A stretch of 64,000 nt of DNA, taken from positions 1-64,000 of IMG/VR virus record IMGVR_UViG_3300002231_000753; one strand, given 5' to 3'. Below the pieces are notes generated by a model that worked only from the letters and a program-made list of their open reading frames with translations, ran no database searches and was not told the DNA's origin. Position 1 is the first letter of the stretch. Every line of letters begins with the position of its first letter. The translations under genes and the position numbers were made by a program. Positions 11,721-24,422 of the stretch are shown in pieces. This DNA comes from an uncultured virus (IMG/VR IMGVR_UViG_3300002231_000753) (lineage: Duplodnaviria > Heunggongvirae > Uroviricota > Caudoviricetes > Schitoviridae).

Positions 11721-13968
11721 ATGTCACGAATAAGAAATAGCGCAGTATCGACTACAGGTTTAGTTGAGAAATATATTGGCACTTCTTACGATATTGTTAA
11801 GTTCGTATATGACAATCTAGAACTTGTTGAAGAATTTGTTGATGAACTAAATCAATTCAATAGCGTGTATTACGGCCCTATGAGTGTTGAGCCTACTACT
11901 CGTCCTGATGGCTCAGTAATGTTAGAAGGGGATTTGTATTATTCCAGCACTCTCAATGGCTTAGCTGTATATAACGGCTCTGCATGGCAGATATTGGATC
12001 AATACATTACTAACGTAAATGTCATAACAATTGCTGCTGAACATAATACCGGCGCTACTACGGTTATCCCGGTAAATAATTATACTCCTGACGTTAATCA
12101 CATAAACATCTACGATATCGACGGTAAGCTCATGTTGAGTAAAACCGTCGATAACACGTTAGGGGTGTACACAGAAACTGACTCCAACACGATTACATTC
12201 TCTACGTTACTTGGTATAGATTACCGCGTAACTGTAGTAATTGTTGAGCCTATAAATACGCTCAAGCCTAATATCGGTACTACCAGCGAAAGATACGTTA
12301 CTACAGTCGAGAATGAGCAGAATGTACTCATACCTAATGGCTTTACCTACGAAATGGGTAATGGATCATTAGAAGTACATCTTGATGGTAAGTTGCAATT
12401 TGAGGGTGATGATTACATTGAAGTTGCACCATCCACTGTTTCATTTATCACCCCCATAGCAACTATTGGTACTCCTGTAATATTCCGTAAAGGTACTATC
12501 ACCACCAATACTCCGGTGCCAGATGTTGTAGAAGAAGGTGACATCATTACTCTGGAGTATGCTTTCATATTCCAGGCTATATTTGATGATCCTGGCCAAG
12601 ATCTCGATGAAGATAAGGTTTATCACACTCAGAACTATACAGGCCCTGGTGATGGGTATGGTGGCTTCTATGTGTATGATTCTGCTGTAGATAAATCTAC
12701 TGCCAATGGATTAGATAGACTAGATCCTTCAGTAGCTATAGGCAGTCAGGGTACCGGTGTAGGTACTGGATGCTGGGTACGTCAAACCATGCTTACTGAC
12801 GCTATGAAGGTTGTATTTGATAACTCTGGAACCAGCTTAGCTGGCACTACTACCCAACAAGCTCTCGTAGAAATAGTAGGCCTCATTTCGAACAATAATT
12901 TAGTAAAACCTGGTCAAATTACGAAATCAGCCAATGCTGCAGAACCGGGCTATACCAAACTTACTGCAGTATCTCAGGAAGTAGACCGCCAAAGTGGAGG
13001 CAATGACACCCCATTATTCACTGCAATCGGGACTACTTATGGCGCAGGTGATGGATCAACTACTCACAATTTACCTCCGATAAAGCAGGAAATAATCAAC
13101 CCGGGTACTTTTAACGGGTATGCCCAAGCATTTGCAGAACAGACGCCGGTAGCAACTGGACCTGGGTTCTCCCCAAATATTGCTATTAATCCGTGGACTA
13201 ACGATAAATATAGTTTTGATACTGCTGCATTGCGGAAACAATCGGAAGGTATTGGATCATTCAATACTATAGATGCTACTGCACGTTCTACTGCCTCAAG
13301 TATCCAGTTAGATCGCAATGATGGACATATAATTGTAGTAGCAGATGGCGCGATACTAATCTCTCTATACGGTACTGAGCCTCTAATAGCATTGAATATT
13401 TGGATGGATTCAGGGGAATCCATATCTTTCGCCGCATACGATCAAATAGAGAAAGTAATTTTCTATGCAGTTGAAACTGCTACAACGACAGTGCGGATAG
13501 ATAAGATCACCATGGAGCAATGCTACAATGGACGGAAATATAGTAGGAGAAAATGTTACATCTAACTCTTCTCCACTTGGGTTCCTATTGTTTGATTCCA
13601 TCCACAGGAATATCTATTTTATGGATACTTCAAGTGGACCAATACTCAAATATAGCGTTATTTCCAAAGCTTCTGTCCAAATAGCTCAATACAATTCTGA
13701 GACATTAGTATTTGGTGCTGCTGCTATCGATGACTATAGTGAAACACTGGTAGTTACTGAATATGGTGCAGGAACTAATATCCGTATAGCGGTAGATGGG
13801 GCAACCACGTTAGCAGCATTCGCCGCCTTACCTGGAGGAGAAAATCCAACAGGTTTAGGTATAAATCCGTTTACCCGTGAATTAACGGTTCATGAAGCAA
13901 ACAAAGTATTCTTGGATCAAGCAACATTGGCTAACAGGATTGAGATGCATTCATGGATAAAAGAATAA
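11721..13968 (+). CDS. Tail fibre/appendage protein (N4 gp66-like N-terminus, tail-collar domain), frameshifted near 13525
   Basis: LVEKYIGTSYDIVKFV anchor; YYGP..PTTRPDG...GDLYY module; collar motif LFTAIGTTYGAGDGSTTHNLP. Confidence 0.75.
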
Positions 13969-14345
13969 AGGCTAAATGGCCCTTTAAAAATTTTCCATAT
14001 GAAGAGGTATGTTGTCCCTGTTGTGGGGCATTACCTAAATTGTCTTATGGCCCATTAAACATGATCCAATGGGTTAGAGAACAGTTAGGTTATGCTCTAG
14101 TAATTAATTCAGGTTATAGGTGTTGGTTACATAATGCATTAGTCGGTGGAGCTCCACTTTCTATGCATAAAGAAATGGCATTCGATATTTCATTAATCGG
14201 TAAAAACCGATTTGAAGTACTGGAAGCATGCAAAAAAGCAGGGTTTACAGGATTCGGTTTTTATAAAACCTTCCTTCACGTTGATTGCGGTAGACCTAGA
14301 TTCTGGTTTGGTAGAGGAGCAAAGTCATTATGGCTGGTGAAATAG
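13953..14345 (+). CDS. Endolysin, peptidase M15A (Peptidase_M15_3)
   Basis: INSGYRC..HNALVGGA..SMH...AFDI and FLHVD zinc-peptidase motifs. Confidence 0.88.
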   Translation: MDKRIKAKWPFKNFPYEEVCCPCCGALPKLSYGPLNMIQWVREQLGYALVINSGYRCWLHNALVGGAPLSMHKEMAFDISLIGKNRFEVLEACKKAGFTGFGFYKTFLHVDCGRPRFWFGRGAKSLWLVK

Positions 14346-14881
14346 CAGAAGGGTTATCCGCTTTATTGGGTGCCACTACTTCCGGTTTAGCTGGAGGTGT
14401 TGCAGGTTTAGTCAGTTCCATTGGCGGACAGATTGCTAATTATTTTCATACTAAGAGTGAGCGTGAATTCCAGGAAAAGAAGTGGAGCCATGAAGAAAGG
14501 CTTCACACGCTTAACAATGAAAAAGATATTCAAGATCATAATCAGGATATGGCGTTAAGTGCTCAAGAATCAGAGCAAGCACTTAAACTAACTAGAATGA
14601 CAGGAAGCTATGCTGGATTAAATACGTCGATAGATGCTGATAAATCGATTGGTGATTCTTATTTATGGGTCAATGCAGTTAAATCGTTATTCCGCCCATT
14701 CCTTACTACAATGCTTTGGATTATCTCAATTATTGTGTTCTTTACGACTTACGAAGCTCCCGAAGTATTAGTAGGTAATGTCGTTTATATGGTTGAATCC
14801 ATTTACTTTGCAACCGGTACCGCTACATTCTGGTGGTTCGGGGATCGTTCATACTCACCTAGGGAAATGAAGAATGTCTGA
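14330..14881 (+). CDS. Holin-like membrane protein (3TM-holin type)
   Basis: WVNAVKSLFRPFLT...WWFGDR motif, two C-terminal hydrophobic segments, next to the endolysin. Confidence 0.65.
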   Translation: MAGEIAEGLSALLGATTSGLAGGVAGLVSSIGGQIANYFHTKSEREFQEKKWSHEERLHTLNNEKDIQDHNQDMALSAQESEQALKLTRMTGSYAGLNTSIDADKSIGDSYLWVNAVKSLFRPFLTTMLWIISIIVFFTTYEAPEVLVGNVVYMVESIYFATGTATFWWFGDRSYSPREMKNV

Positions 14882-15227
14882 TAACGATGATATCCGATCC
14901 ACTGACAATAGAAGGGATCATGACATAATTTTGCTTAAACGCGAGTTAGATGAGCACAAAAAAGCATTTGATAAACATATTGAAAATGATAATGCACGAT
15001 GGAAACGTATCCTAGAAATGCATGAAGAAAGCCTCAATGCTGATGCTGAAGTCAGGGCAGGACAGGCTAAAATCATCGAACAAACCTCAGATATTGTGGA
15101 TGCATGGCAAGCTGCGGAAGGTGCAGTTAAAGTAGCTAGAGCAATCGGCCTATTTGTTAAATGGCTTAGTGGTTTCTCAGTTATTGCAGCCATCATCACC
15201 TATGTAATGCAACACACTCCGAAATAA
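14874..15227 (+). CDS. Coiled-coil protein with C-terminal membrane segment (lysis-associated)
   Basis: Coiled coil followed by a hydrophobic helix; lies in the lysis cassette. Confidence 0.5.
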   Translation: MSDNDDIRSTDNRRDHDIILLKRELDEHKKAFDKHIENDNARWKRILEMHEESLNADAEVRAGQAKIIEQTSDIVDAWQAAEGAVKVARAIGLFVKWLSGFSVIAAIITYVMQHTPK

Positions 15228-15269
15228 GATGCTAATATTACTAACAATTACAAGATTGAGACTATTTTG

Positions 15270-17478
15270 ATGAATGATGAAAATTCAAAAGTAGAATATG
15301 ATAAATCTGACATTGATCCTGAATCTCTCGATCCGCTTGTAGATTGGGAGAATGCTCCTACCGTCAAAGATTTGAAGCAGAATTACACGGATGCCAGTTC
15401 AGACAGATCGGTTAACATTAATAAAATCGATAGATGGTTGGATAATCTCAATCAAACTGGAACAGCTAAGATCAAAACTGCTGCTGGCAGGTCTTCTGCT
15501 GCACCTAAAGTAATTCGTAAACAGGCTGAATGGCGTTATGCATCGTTAAGTGAACCATTCTTAAGTACTGACGATATATTTAATACTGCTCCACATACTG
15601 CAGAAGATAAAGAAGCAGCAATACAGAATGGCTTAGTACTTAACTATCAATTCAATTCCCAAATCAATAAGACTAAATTTGTTGATGAATATGTTCGTAC
15701 TGCTGTCGATGAAGGTACTGTAGTAATACGTGTAGGCTGGGATTTCGAAGAGTCTGTTGAAAATATTGAGGAACCTCAATATACGTATATGCAGACCCAA
15801 TCCCCGGAAGCAATGCAAAAATTAGCTGAACTTAATCAGTTATTGATGACTGATCCAAGACAGTATATTGCGCAAATACCTGAACAAGACCAGGAAGCTC
15901 ACCGTCAATCAATGTTAAACGGTACCCCTGTTCAAGCTGTGTTTGATAAATACGAGACAGTAAGGAAGCAGGTAACTTTAAAGAATCAGCCAACTCTTCA
16001 GATAGTTAATTACAAAAGTAGTAACTATCGATCCAACATGTGAAGGTGAAATAGATAACGCTAACTTTGTTATCTATGAATTTGAAACATCCATGGCAGA
16101 GTTAGAAGCTGATGGGATTTATCATAACCTAGATCATATCAATGCAGCCAACAGTTCAATATTGGCTGCTGCTGATGACTCGACTAAAGAGGCGCCTTCA
16201 TTCAGTTTCAAAGATAAGCCTAGAAAGAAATTCATAGCATATGAATATTGGGGCTACTGGGATATTGATGGAGATGGCTCATTGACTCCTATCGTTGCCA
16301 CATATGTTGGTGATGTAATGATTCGTTTAGAAGAGAATCCTTTCCCAGATAAGAAACTTCCATTTGTAGTGGTTCATTACTTACCGGTACGTAAGTCCAT
16401 TTATGGTGAACCTGATGGTGAATTACTTGAAGAAAACCAGAAAGTAATTGGTGCAGTTACCCGAGGCATGATTGATATCTTAGGTAGGGGCGCCAATGGA
16501 CAAGTAGGTGTTCGTAAAGGTGCATTAGACGTAGTTAATAAGCGTAAATTTATTAAAGGCTTAGATTATGAGTATAATGGTGGCGATCCACGTCAGTCAT
16601 TTCATATGCACACTTTTGACGAGATACCAGAATCTGCTAAATTTATGCTTGGTATGCAAAACGCTGATGCAGAAAGTTTAACTGGCGTTAAAGCTTTCAG
16701 TCAGGGTAGCGGTATTACCGGTGATGCTTTGGGTGATACAGTCGGTGGGCAAAAGAATGCTCTTGATGCTACAGCTAAGCGTGAAATGGGAATCTTACGT
16801 AGATTAGCCAAAGGTGTTACTGATATCGGCCGTAAGATTATCAGTATGAATGCCGAGTTCTTAGATGAACGTATGGTTGTCCGAGTAACTAACGATACAT
16901 TCGTTCCAATACGCCGAGATGATCTAGCCGGTAACATCGATCTACGTTTAACTATCAGTACTGCAGAAGCTGACGCAGCAAAGGCTGAAGAATTATCCTT
17001 CATGCTACAAACAGTTGGACCGAATACAGATCCTAAGATGCTGTATTCAATAATGGCTGATATTGCTCGATTGCGTAAGATGCCTGAATTGGCAAAGAAG
17101 CTAGATGAATATGAACCACAACCCGATCCAATTGCTGAAGCTAAAGCACAATTGGAAGTTGAATTACTGAAAGAACAGATCATTACTGAACGTTCTAAAG
17201 CAATTGAAAACAGGGCCTCTGCAGCATTGGATTACGCTAAAGCTGGTACTGAGGGTGAGAAGTCTAGAAACTTGAGTAGCGATTCAGATCTTAAAGATTT
17301 GGATTTCGTTGAACAAGAATCCGGTACTCAGCAAGAACGTGAATTACAAAAGCAATCGCAACAAGCAGCAGCTAATGCTGAATTGAGTACTGTTAATCAC
17401 TTACTCAAGCAAAGAGAAACCCGTGATAAATCTAATGCAGATAACGTCACTACAACCAATGGGCGACAATCAGTTTAG
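15270..17478 (+). CDS. Portal protein (N4 gp59-like), frameshifted near 16015
   Basis: PKVIRKQAEWRYASLSEPFLS, YEYWGYWDIDGDG, EENPFPDKKLPF, AESLTGVKAF motifs. Confidence 0.9.
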
Positions 17479-17529
17479 CCCTTTAAACTATCTCGATCCG
17501 TAAGGTGAGAGGACACACGAGGAAAGACC

Positions 17530-17895
17530 ATGGAACACGAAAATTCATACGAAGAACAGTTGCAACAAGTTGAAATGACTATCGAAGCGGCTAAACCTAC
17601 TATCGAACGTTATGAAGCATTTAGACGGTTAAAAGATAATAAAGATTTTATCGCTATCTTTGAGAAAGATTACTTCGTAGAAGAATCAAGTCGACTTGTG
17701 TTGATGTTAGCTGAACCTGGAATGCAAGCTCCAGAAGAGCAAGCTTCCATACTTAAATCTATCAATGCTATCGGTGAATTACGCCAATACTTAATAACTG
17801 TGAGTCATATGGGTAAACGTGCAATCGAAGAGACTGGAAGCTGTGAAGAAGCTCGTGAAGAAATCCTTATAGAACAAGCTAACTCTGAGGAGTAA
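17530..17895 (+). CDS. N4 gp58-like conserved protein
   Basis: RLKDNKDF...YF.EE..RLV pattern; syntenic between portal and scaffold. Confidence 0.65.
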   Translation: MEHENSYEEQLQQVEMTIEAAKPTIERYEAFRRLKDNKDFIAIFEKDYFVEESSRLVLMLAEPGMQAPEEQASILKSINAIGELRQYLITVSHMGKRAIEETGSCEEAREEILIEQANSEE

Positions 17896-17900
17896 TCACG

Positions 17901-19067
17901 ATGTCAGATACCGATAACGAAGTAGATGATAATGCAGTAAGTCCGTTAGACATGACGGATGAGCAGTTAGAGAATTTTGATTTTTCTACTTTAGATTCCG
18001 AACCAGATTCTGAAGACCCTGAAACTGATGATGATCCTGAACAGGAAGATCCTGCTGATGAAGAAACGCCCGATCCAGAAGAGGAGCCGGAGCAAGAAAC
18101 TGAAGAAGACCAAGATGATCCTGAAGAAGAGAAAGATCCAGAATCAGGTGATGTAGACGATAACGATGATGATCCAGAAAACTTGGATGATGATCCCAAT
18201 AAAGAAGATAAAAAGCCTGATACCGCTGACAAAGATGAAATCGATTATAAGGCTCAGTATGAAAAGTTATTGGCCCCATTTCGTGCCAACAACAAAGACA
18301 TGCAAGTTAACAATGTAGATGAAGCAATCCAACTAATGCAGATGGGTGCTAACTACAGTAAGAAAATGGCCGCTTTCAAACCTATTATGAAAATGGCCCA
18401 GATGTTAGAAAATAATGGCTTACTAAGTGAAGATAAACTAAGCTATTTAATAGATTTGGATAAAAAAGATCCAAGTGCCATTGCGAAATTAGTTAAGGAT
18501 GCAAAGATTGATCCCGATGACATTGACGTTAATGGTGATACTGAGTACGAACCTAAAGATACTTACAATGTTAGTGACAAAGAAGTTGAACTAGAGAGCA
18601 CTCTCGCTGAAATACGAGACACTGACTCTTACGGAAAAACTCTCGATGTTATTACCAATAAGTGGGATGAGTCCAGTAAGCAAACCCTGTTAGATAACCC
18701 GGCCGCTATTCCAGTTATCAATAATCATATAAGCCTTGGCTTGTACGATAAAATAAGTGATGTAGTAGAGCGCCAGCGCATGTTAGGGAATCTAAAAGGA
18801 GTCTCAGATCTTGACGCATACATGACGATAGGAGACAAATTGGAAAAAGAAGGGGCCTTCAATGATCAAGAAGCTACTCCCGAAAAGACCGATGCTGTTA
18901 AACCTAATGCAAGTAAGCCTAAAGATGATGCTGTCACGCGAAAGCGTAAAAAGGCAGCAAGCCCAGCTAAACGTGCTTCTAGCAAAAAGAAAGACATGTC
19001 AGACTTCAATCCATTGAGTATGTCTGACGAAGATTTCGATAAAATAGCTAGTAGCCAATTTACGTAA
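17901..19067 (+). CDS. Scaffolding protein (N4 gp57-like)
   Basis: Very acidic N-terminus; PFRANNK...LMQMGANYSKKM; C-terminal NPLSMSDEDF; precedes the capsid gene. Confidence 0.8.
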   Translation: MSDTDNEVDDNAVSPLDMTDEQLENFDFSTLDSEPDSEDPETDDDPEQEDPADEETPDPEEEPEQETEEDQDDPEEEKDPESGDVDDNDDDPENLDDDPNKEDKKPDTADKDEIDYKAQYEKLLAPFRANNKDMQVNNVDEAIQLMQMGANYSKKMAAFKPIMKMAQMLENNGLLSEDKLSYLIDLDKKDPSAIAKLVKDAKIDPDDIDVNGDTEYEPKDTYNVSDKEVELESTLAEIRDTDSYGKTLDVITNKWDESSKQTLLDNPAAIPVINNHISLGLYDKISDVVERQRMLGNLKGVSDLDAYMTIGDKLEKEGAFNDQEATPEKTDAVKPNASKPKDDAVTRKRKKAASPAKRASSKKKDMSDFNPLSMSDEDFDKIASSQFT

Positions 19068-19089
19068 CTATTTTATAGGACATTAAAAA

Positions 19090-20529
19090 ATGCCTGAATA
19101 TATTAAGTATAATGACCCCGCTGGTGGTAGCCCATCAAGTATTGGTCCTCAGATTCGTACTGAGTATTACCAGAAGAAAGCACTTCAAGAAGCTGCTAAA
19201 GAAACTTACTTCGGTCAATTGGCTGACGTAACTTCTATGCCTAAGCACTTCGGTAAGACCATTAAGAAGTATCACTACTTACCTTTACTTGATGATGCCA
19301 ACATTAACGATCAAGGTATCGACGCAGCAGGTGTTTCATCTGCATTTGAGAAAACCATTATCATTCGCCTTCCTGACGTTGCCTCTACAGGTAATGGCTA
19401 TGTTGAGCGTTACGCTGTTGGCTCTCATGCTACTGTTGAAGCAACTGCTGTCGCTAATGCAGAATCTGCTGCTAACGACATCTTTAAAGAGTTTGGCGTA
19501 TTTAACACTAATTACGCTACGACTAAAGCTGCTGTTGAATTACTTTCTCCAGCATGGACTGTTGACGATACTACTGCGACTGTTCCTCCTTCTGGTAACT
19601 TGTACGGCTCAAGCAAAGATGTTGGTGTTATTTCATCTAAGCTTCCTGCATTGTCAGAAAACGGTGGACGAGTTAACCGAGTTGGTTTCAAGCGTATTGA
19701 ACTTGAAGGTTCTTTAGCTAAATTCGGTTTCTTCGATGAGTACACTAAGGAGTCTTTGGACTTCGATACTGATGCTGAACTTGAAATGCACATTAACCGT
19801 GAAATGGTTCTTGGTGCTAACGAGATCACTGAAGATGCTCTACAGATCGATTTGCTAAACAGTGCTGGCGTTATCCGCTTCGGTGGTGATGCTACTACTA
19901 CTGGTGCAATCACTGGTGAAAATGGTGCTACTGCTTCAATTCTTTCTTACGAAGATTTGATGCGTATGTCTATCGACTTGGATAACAACCGTTGTCCTAA
20001 GCACACCAAAATCATCTCTGGTACACGAATGGTCGATACTAAAGTTATCGACGCAGCTCGTGTAATGTATGTTGGTTCTGAACTTATCCCTACACTACGT
20101 GCAATGGAAGATACTTTCGGTAATCAAGCATTCATCCCTGTACAGAAGTATGCAGCTGCAGGAAACTTGCTACGTGGTGAGATCGGTTCTATCGATCAGT
20201 TCCGTATCGTAGTAGTTCCTGAAATGATGCATTGGGCAGGTGCCGGCGCTTCTGTTAGTACTAACGATGGATACCGTGAAACTGGTGGGAACTACGATGT
20301 ATTCCCAATGCTAGTTGTTGGTTCTGGTTCATTCACTACTGTTGGTTTCCAAACTGACGGTAAGACAGTGAAGTTCAAGATCAAGCACGTTAAGCCAGAA
20401 ACAGATCAGTCTTACTCTAAAGACGATCCATATGGCGAGAAAGGATTCATGTCCATTAAATGGTACTACGGATTCTTCTTACAGCGTCCAGAACGTATCG
20501 CACTAGGTAAATGTGTTGCTGAATGGTAA
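19090..20529 (+). CDS. Major capsid protein (N4 gp56-like)
   Basis: [53 protein letters not shown] motifs; strong codon bias. Confidence 0.95.
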   Translation: MPEYIKYNDPAGGSPSSIGPQIRTEYYQKKALQEAAKETYFGQLADVTSMPKHFGKTIKKYHYLPLLDDANINDQGIDAAGVSSAFEKTIIIRLPDVASTGNGYVERYAVGSHATVEATAVANAESAANDIFKEFGVFNTNYATTKAAVELLSPAWTVDDTTATVPPSGNLYGSSKDVGVISSKLPALSENGGRVNRVGFKRIELEGSLAKFGFFDEYTKESLDFDTDAELEMHINREMVLGANEITEDALQIDLLNSAGVIRFGGDATTTGAITGENGATASILSYEDLMRMSIDLDNNRCPKHTKIISGTRMVDTKVIDAARVMYVGSELIPTLRAMEDTFGNQAFIPVQKYAAAGNLLRGEIGSIDQFRIVVVPEMMHWAGAGASVSTNDGYRETGGNYDVFPMLVVGSGSFTTVGFQTDGKTVKFKIKHVKPETDQSYSKDDPYGEKGFMSIKWYYGFFLQRPERIALGKCVAEW

Positions 20530-20545
20530 TACATAGTTAGACCCA

Positions 20546-20584
20546 GAATTCCCTAGGTTTCGGCCTGGGGAATTCTTTATTTTT
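20546..20584 (+). terminator. Rho-independent terminator after the capsid gene
   Basis: AGAATTCCCTAGGT-TTCG-GCCTGGGGAATTCT hairpin followed by TTATTTTT. Confidence 0.8.
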
Positions 20585-20630
20585 AAAAACCATGCAGGTC
20601 ATCATCCTGCCTAAAAAGAGAAGCTATAAA

Positions 20631-21224
20631 ATGTCAGACGATAACAGCACTAAAGATCCTGAAGATATTCCAGCACAAGATGAACTAACCTTACTGAAAG
20701 ATCGATGTAAACAGGTTGGTTTGCAATTTCACCCGAGTATCAGTTTAGATAAACTCAAAGAAAAATATGCAGCTTTTATGGATGATGATGAGAAATCCGA
20801 ACCAACGGAAACTCTCCAAGAAAAAGCTGACAAAATTGTTCCTAAAGGCGAGTCTGCACGGGCTAAGCGCCAACGCTTACGCAAAGAAGCAGCTCGACTA
20901 GTTCGCGTACGTATTGCGTGTATGGACCCGAATAAGAAAGATTATGAAGGTGAAGTATTTACCGTATCTAATTCGATAGTAGGTACCTTCAGACGCTATG
21001 TACCATTCAATGCTGATGATGGATGGCACGTAGAAAAGATAATCTTAGATCATATGAAAGAAAAGGTTTGCCAAGTATTCGTTACCCGTAAAGACGATAA
21101 AGGTAACAAAGTTAAGCAACCTAAACAGATCAAAGCATTCAGTATTGAAATCCTTGATCCGCTAACTCCAGCTGAGTTAGATAAACTGGCAGACCGTCAA
21201 AAAATGGCTGGCACTGTTGCATAA
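20631..21224 (+). CDS. N4 gp55-like protein
   Basis: DELTLLKDR, RLVRVRIACMDPNKKD and LDPLTPAELDKLA motifs. Confidence 0.8.
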   Translation: MSDDNSTKDPEDIPAQDELTLLKDRCKQVGLQFHPSISLDKLKEKYAAFMDDDEKSEPTETLQEKADKIVPKGESARAKRQRLRKEAARLVRVRIACMDPNKKDYEGEVFTVSNSIVGTFRRYVPFNADDGWHVEKIILDHMKEKVCQVFVTRKDDKGNKVKQPKQIKAFSIEILDPLTPAELDKLADRQKMAGTVA

Positions 21225-21248
21225 CTAGATAATACTTTGGAGTAATCT

Positions 21249-22301
21249 GTGGCTGATATCCCTTTAGCACAACTGACTGAAGAAGTACTTTAAACGGTAA
21301 CGGTATATTTGATGTGATGATGCGTAACGTGTCACTTCACCTCAAAGAAGAATGGAACAATAACCGTTTAAAAGGCTCAGATTATTCCAAGGTATATTCC
21401 GGTGCCTTAGATGTAACAATGCAACAAGCCATTGCATTTGTACTAGGTAAACAGCAAGCCGATAAGCAAGCTGAATTACTAGCAGCACAAACAGCATTAG
21501 CTGTAGAACAAACAATAGGTGTCACTAAAGACAACCTGATAAAAGACAAGCAACTCGAAAAGCTTGATGAAGAAATTGCATTACTTGTTCAACAAATTGT
21601 TAATGCTAAAGAAGCAGAAACTCTTGCCCAGAAACAACAGGTCAAGATCGATGCTGAGACTGCATTGATCAATCAGAAGACTAAGAGCGAAATAGCTCAA
21701 ATCCTAGATCTAGTTGATGGCGCCGCAGTCACTGGTGTCATAGGTAAGCAGAAAGAGCTATACGCTAAGCAACGTGATGGATTTGAGCGAGATGCCGAAC
21801 AGAAGTTAGCTAAGCTAATGACTGATACTTGGAATGTACGAACGTCTTCCGATCCTGATGGCACTCAAGCCAATCTTGCGGGGTTAGGTGATGAGAATAT
21901 CCAGGTAATAATCCGTAAAGCTCTAGAAGGGGTAAATGCTCCGGTAGTGCCTATTACTAATGCGGATGCACCGATCATTATCCGTAATTACTTGGCTTGC
22001 GAAAACAACTCAAGTTAATACAATAAACTTAAATGATTTACGTGCCACTGATGCTGACACCGATGATGCAACTATCATCTACACCGTTGAAAGTGTATCA
22101 CTAGGCAGTCTTACAATTGGTGGATTTGCCTTTGCAGTAGGATCTAACGATACCTTTACTCAACAACAGATCATCGATGAAGATGTAGTTTACACTGCAC
22201 CAGGAACAGCTGGTGTTGCTAACATCATATTCTCTGCCAAAGACACAGATGACAATACCACTGCTAACAGAATATTTGAGATAGCAGTTTCAGCACCATA
22301 A
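21249..22301 (+). CDS. Tail tube protein (N4 gp54-like) with a C-terminal cadherin/CSPG-like domain; frameshifts near 21290 and 22015
   Basis: GTG start after GGAG. GNGIFDVMM, GVIGKQKELY..Q..GFERDAE motifs. C-terminal LRATDADT..IIYTV...TFTQQQI. Confidence 0.7.
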
Positions 22302-22324
22302 GTAAGTAAACAATAGGGGTAGGT

Positions 22325-24422
22325 ATGCCTACAGAAAGAGTTGTAAATACCGCGGTAACTCGATTAATTAACGAGATACCTACCCCCATCAAAGATGCTA
22401 TTCGTGAAGCTATCTTAAAGGATGGTGGATCTATCCCTAATAACCTCATGGCTACTGCATTCACTGGAATGGTGGCCAAGACGGCTAAGTATTACAACTA
22501 CGGAAAAAATCACTATATCCATGGATTGCCTGAAGGTGATACCCGCGCTACCCCAAACTTAGAAGCTGAAGTCATAGACACCATTGATACGATCGAAGGT
22601 GAGCCCATTACTTTGCTTACCCTCAAATACGATATCATCGATGCCATTTTTNNTGGTCACAAATACATGGCAGAANATGAGGCCTGGGATGAGGTAACTA
22701 ATATTGTTGGTTCTCCTCCATTTACCCCTGATCCGGTCACTGCTGATGTGTACCCCTTTGATGCCTCAGTTTGGGATTAACGATGATGAAGTGATAATTA
22801 CCTATACCTATGAAGGTGATGACGGTGGTGGGGGCCTGGAAACTAAGTATGTGGACCATACTCATACTGTTCTCGGTGTAACCCTAACAAACTGGGTTTA
22901 CATGGTCACATACACGATAGATAGCGATGTGACGGCCGATATTAAATATTGGTTCTATGATCCAACTACCGGTACTTATCCTGATCTGGATGCACCAGAG
23001 CCTGATGAGATGATAAGCCCATTCTACCCGGTAGTACCGATCCGTAGAGGTAGGCAGAATGTCATTGATGTTGGTTCAGATGAGGAAGTACATTCATGTA
23101 AGCGCATAATGCAAAAGCTCGCCATAGATTATGAAACGTTAACCAATCAGATAACCGATCCCGCACTCAATCCAGGGCTAGCACAGGAAGATGTAGATGT
23201 ATTGGATTACATTTATATGCACTTTGCTATTAGCCTACGTACCGATACCGAGATGGGTACCCGGTATTTATATGACTTCTTTTTAGAACAAGCCAATACT
23301 GCTACATACACAGAAGGTGATTGGACTACTTGGGCCGCTAGTAGCCCCACAAGTCCTCCTCAGTACAATATCGTGAATGTAGAGGATGACATCTATCGGA
23401 TAACCATTAAGTACGCGTATGCCTTGGTAGAAACCGCTCAAGTGGGGGTAATTGGTGAGGTAGGCGAGTATGAGAAAACATTGGTAGATAATCCTGATAT
23501 TGGGGTAGACAGTTTTACTTTTGTAGATGACTGTGACTTGATACTTCGGCTACAAACTAGTGCAACTGAATACACTCAGATCACCGTGCACAGCATGTAC
23601 CACAATACCATTGCATCACGAGGTTACTTAGTACAGCGAACCATTAAGAGTATCATTGCTTTAGAGGATGATACCTTCTTTATACCGTTAGCTAGGCACT
23701 TAACTGTACCTTACACCGGGGTTGAAGAGACTAAGCTGTACACAGAAGCCCTATCGATACTGATTTACACACTGCAGGAGTATGATCTTGAATGGTGGGA
23801 AACCCCTGAATTTGCTCAATTCCTGACGATAGTGGCATTCATATACTTTGTCTTCACGTTTGATCCTTCCGCATTTACGCTAACGGGATTACTATTATTT
23901 ATTGCTAAAGTAATACTGATTAATCTGACAGTAAATTGGATATCACAACAACTAAGTGCTGAAGATGCATTGAAACTAGCATTCGTAATAGCGGTAGTTA
24001 GAGCATTCTCAGGTGATTCAACCGGGTTCACTAGTTTAATATTTGCAGAATCACTTATGTTTGCTGTAACAGCGCTTATCGGTGCAGCAAATAAGATAAT
24101 TCAGGATGATTTCAAAGACTTATCGGATGAGTACTCCAATTTCTTGGAATCTGCTGAAGAGAAAAGCGAAGATCTGGAGAAGGCACACGAACTATTAGAA
24201 TCAGATGGTATTGACCCCTACCTAATCATAGAAGGTAGCCCTTACTTCAATCCTAATGAATCTCCAGAGGCGTACTATACTAGAACCATACACACCGGGA
24301 ACCCTGGGGTGATATCATTGGATACTATTAGTTCTTATGTAGACGATGCTTTAAAATTACCAGAAGCAAATGACTCCCCATTACCCGTAACAGATATGAA
24401 TAGAGGCTATTACTATGACTAA
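22325..24422 (+). CDS. N4 gp53-like virion protein, frameshifted near 22775
   Basis: YYNYGKNHYIHGLPEG, FYPVVPIR, WWET followed by hydrophobic helices, and ESPEAYYTRT; synteny. Confidence 0.7.
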
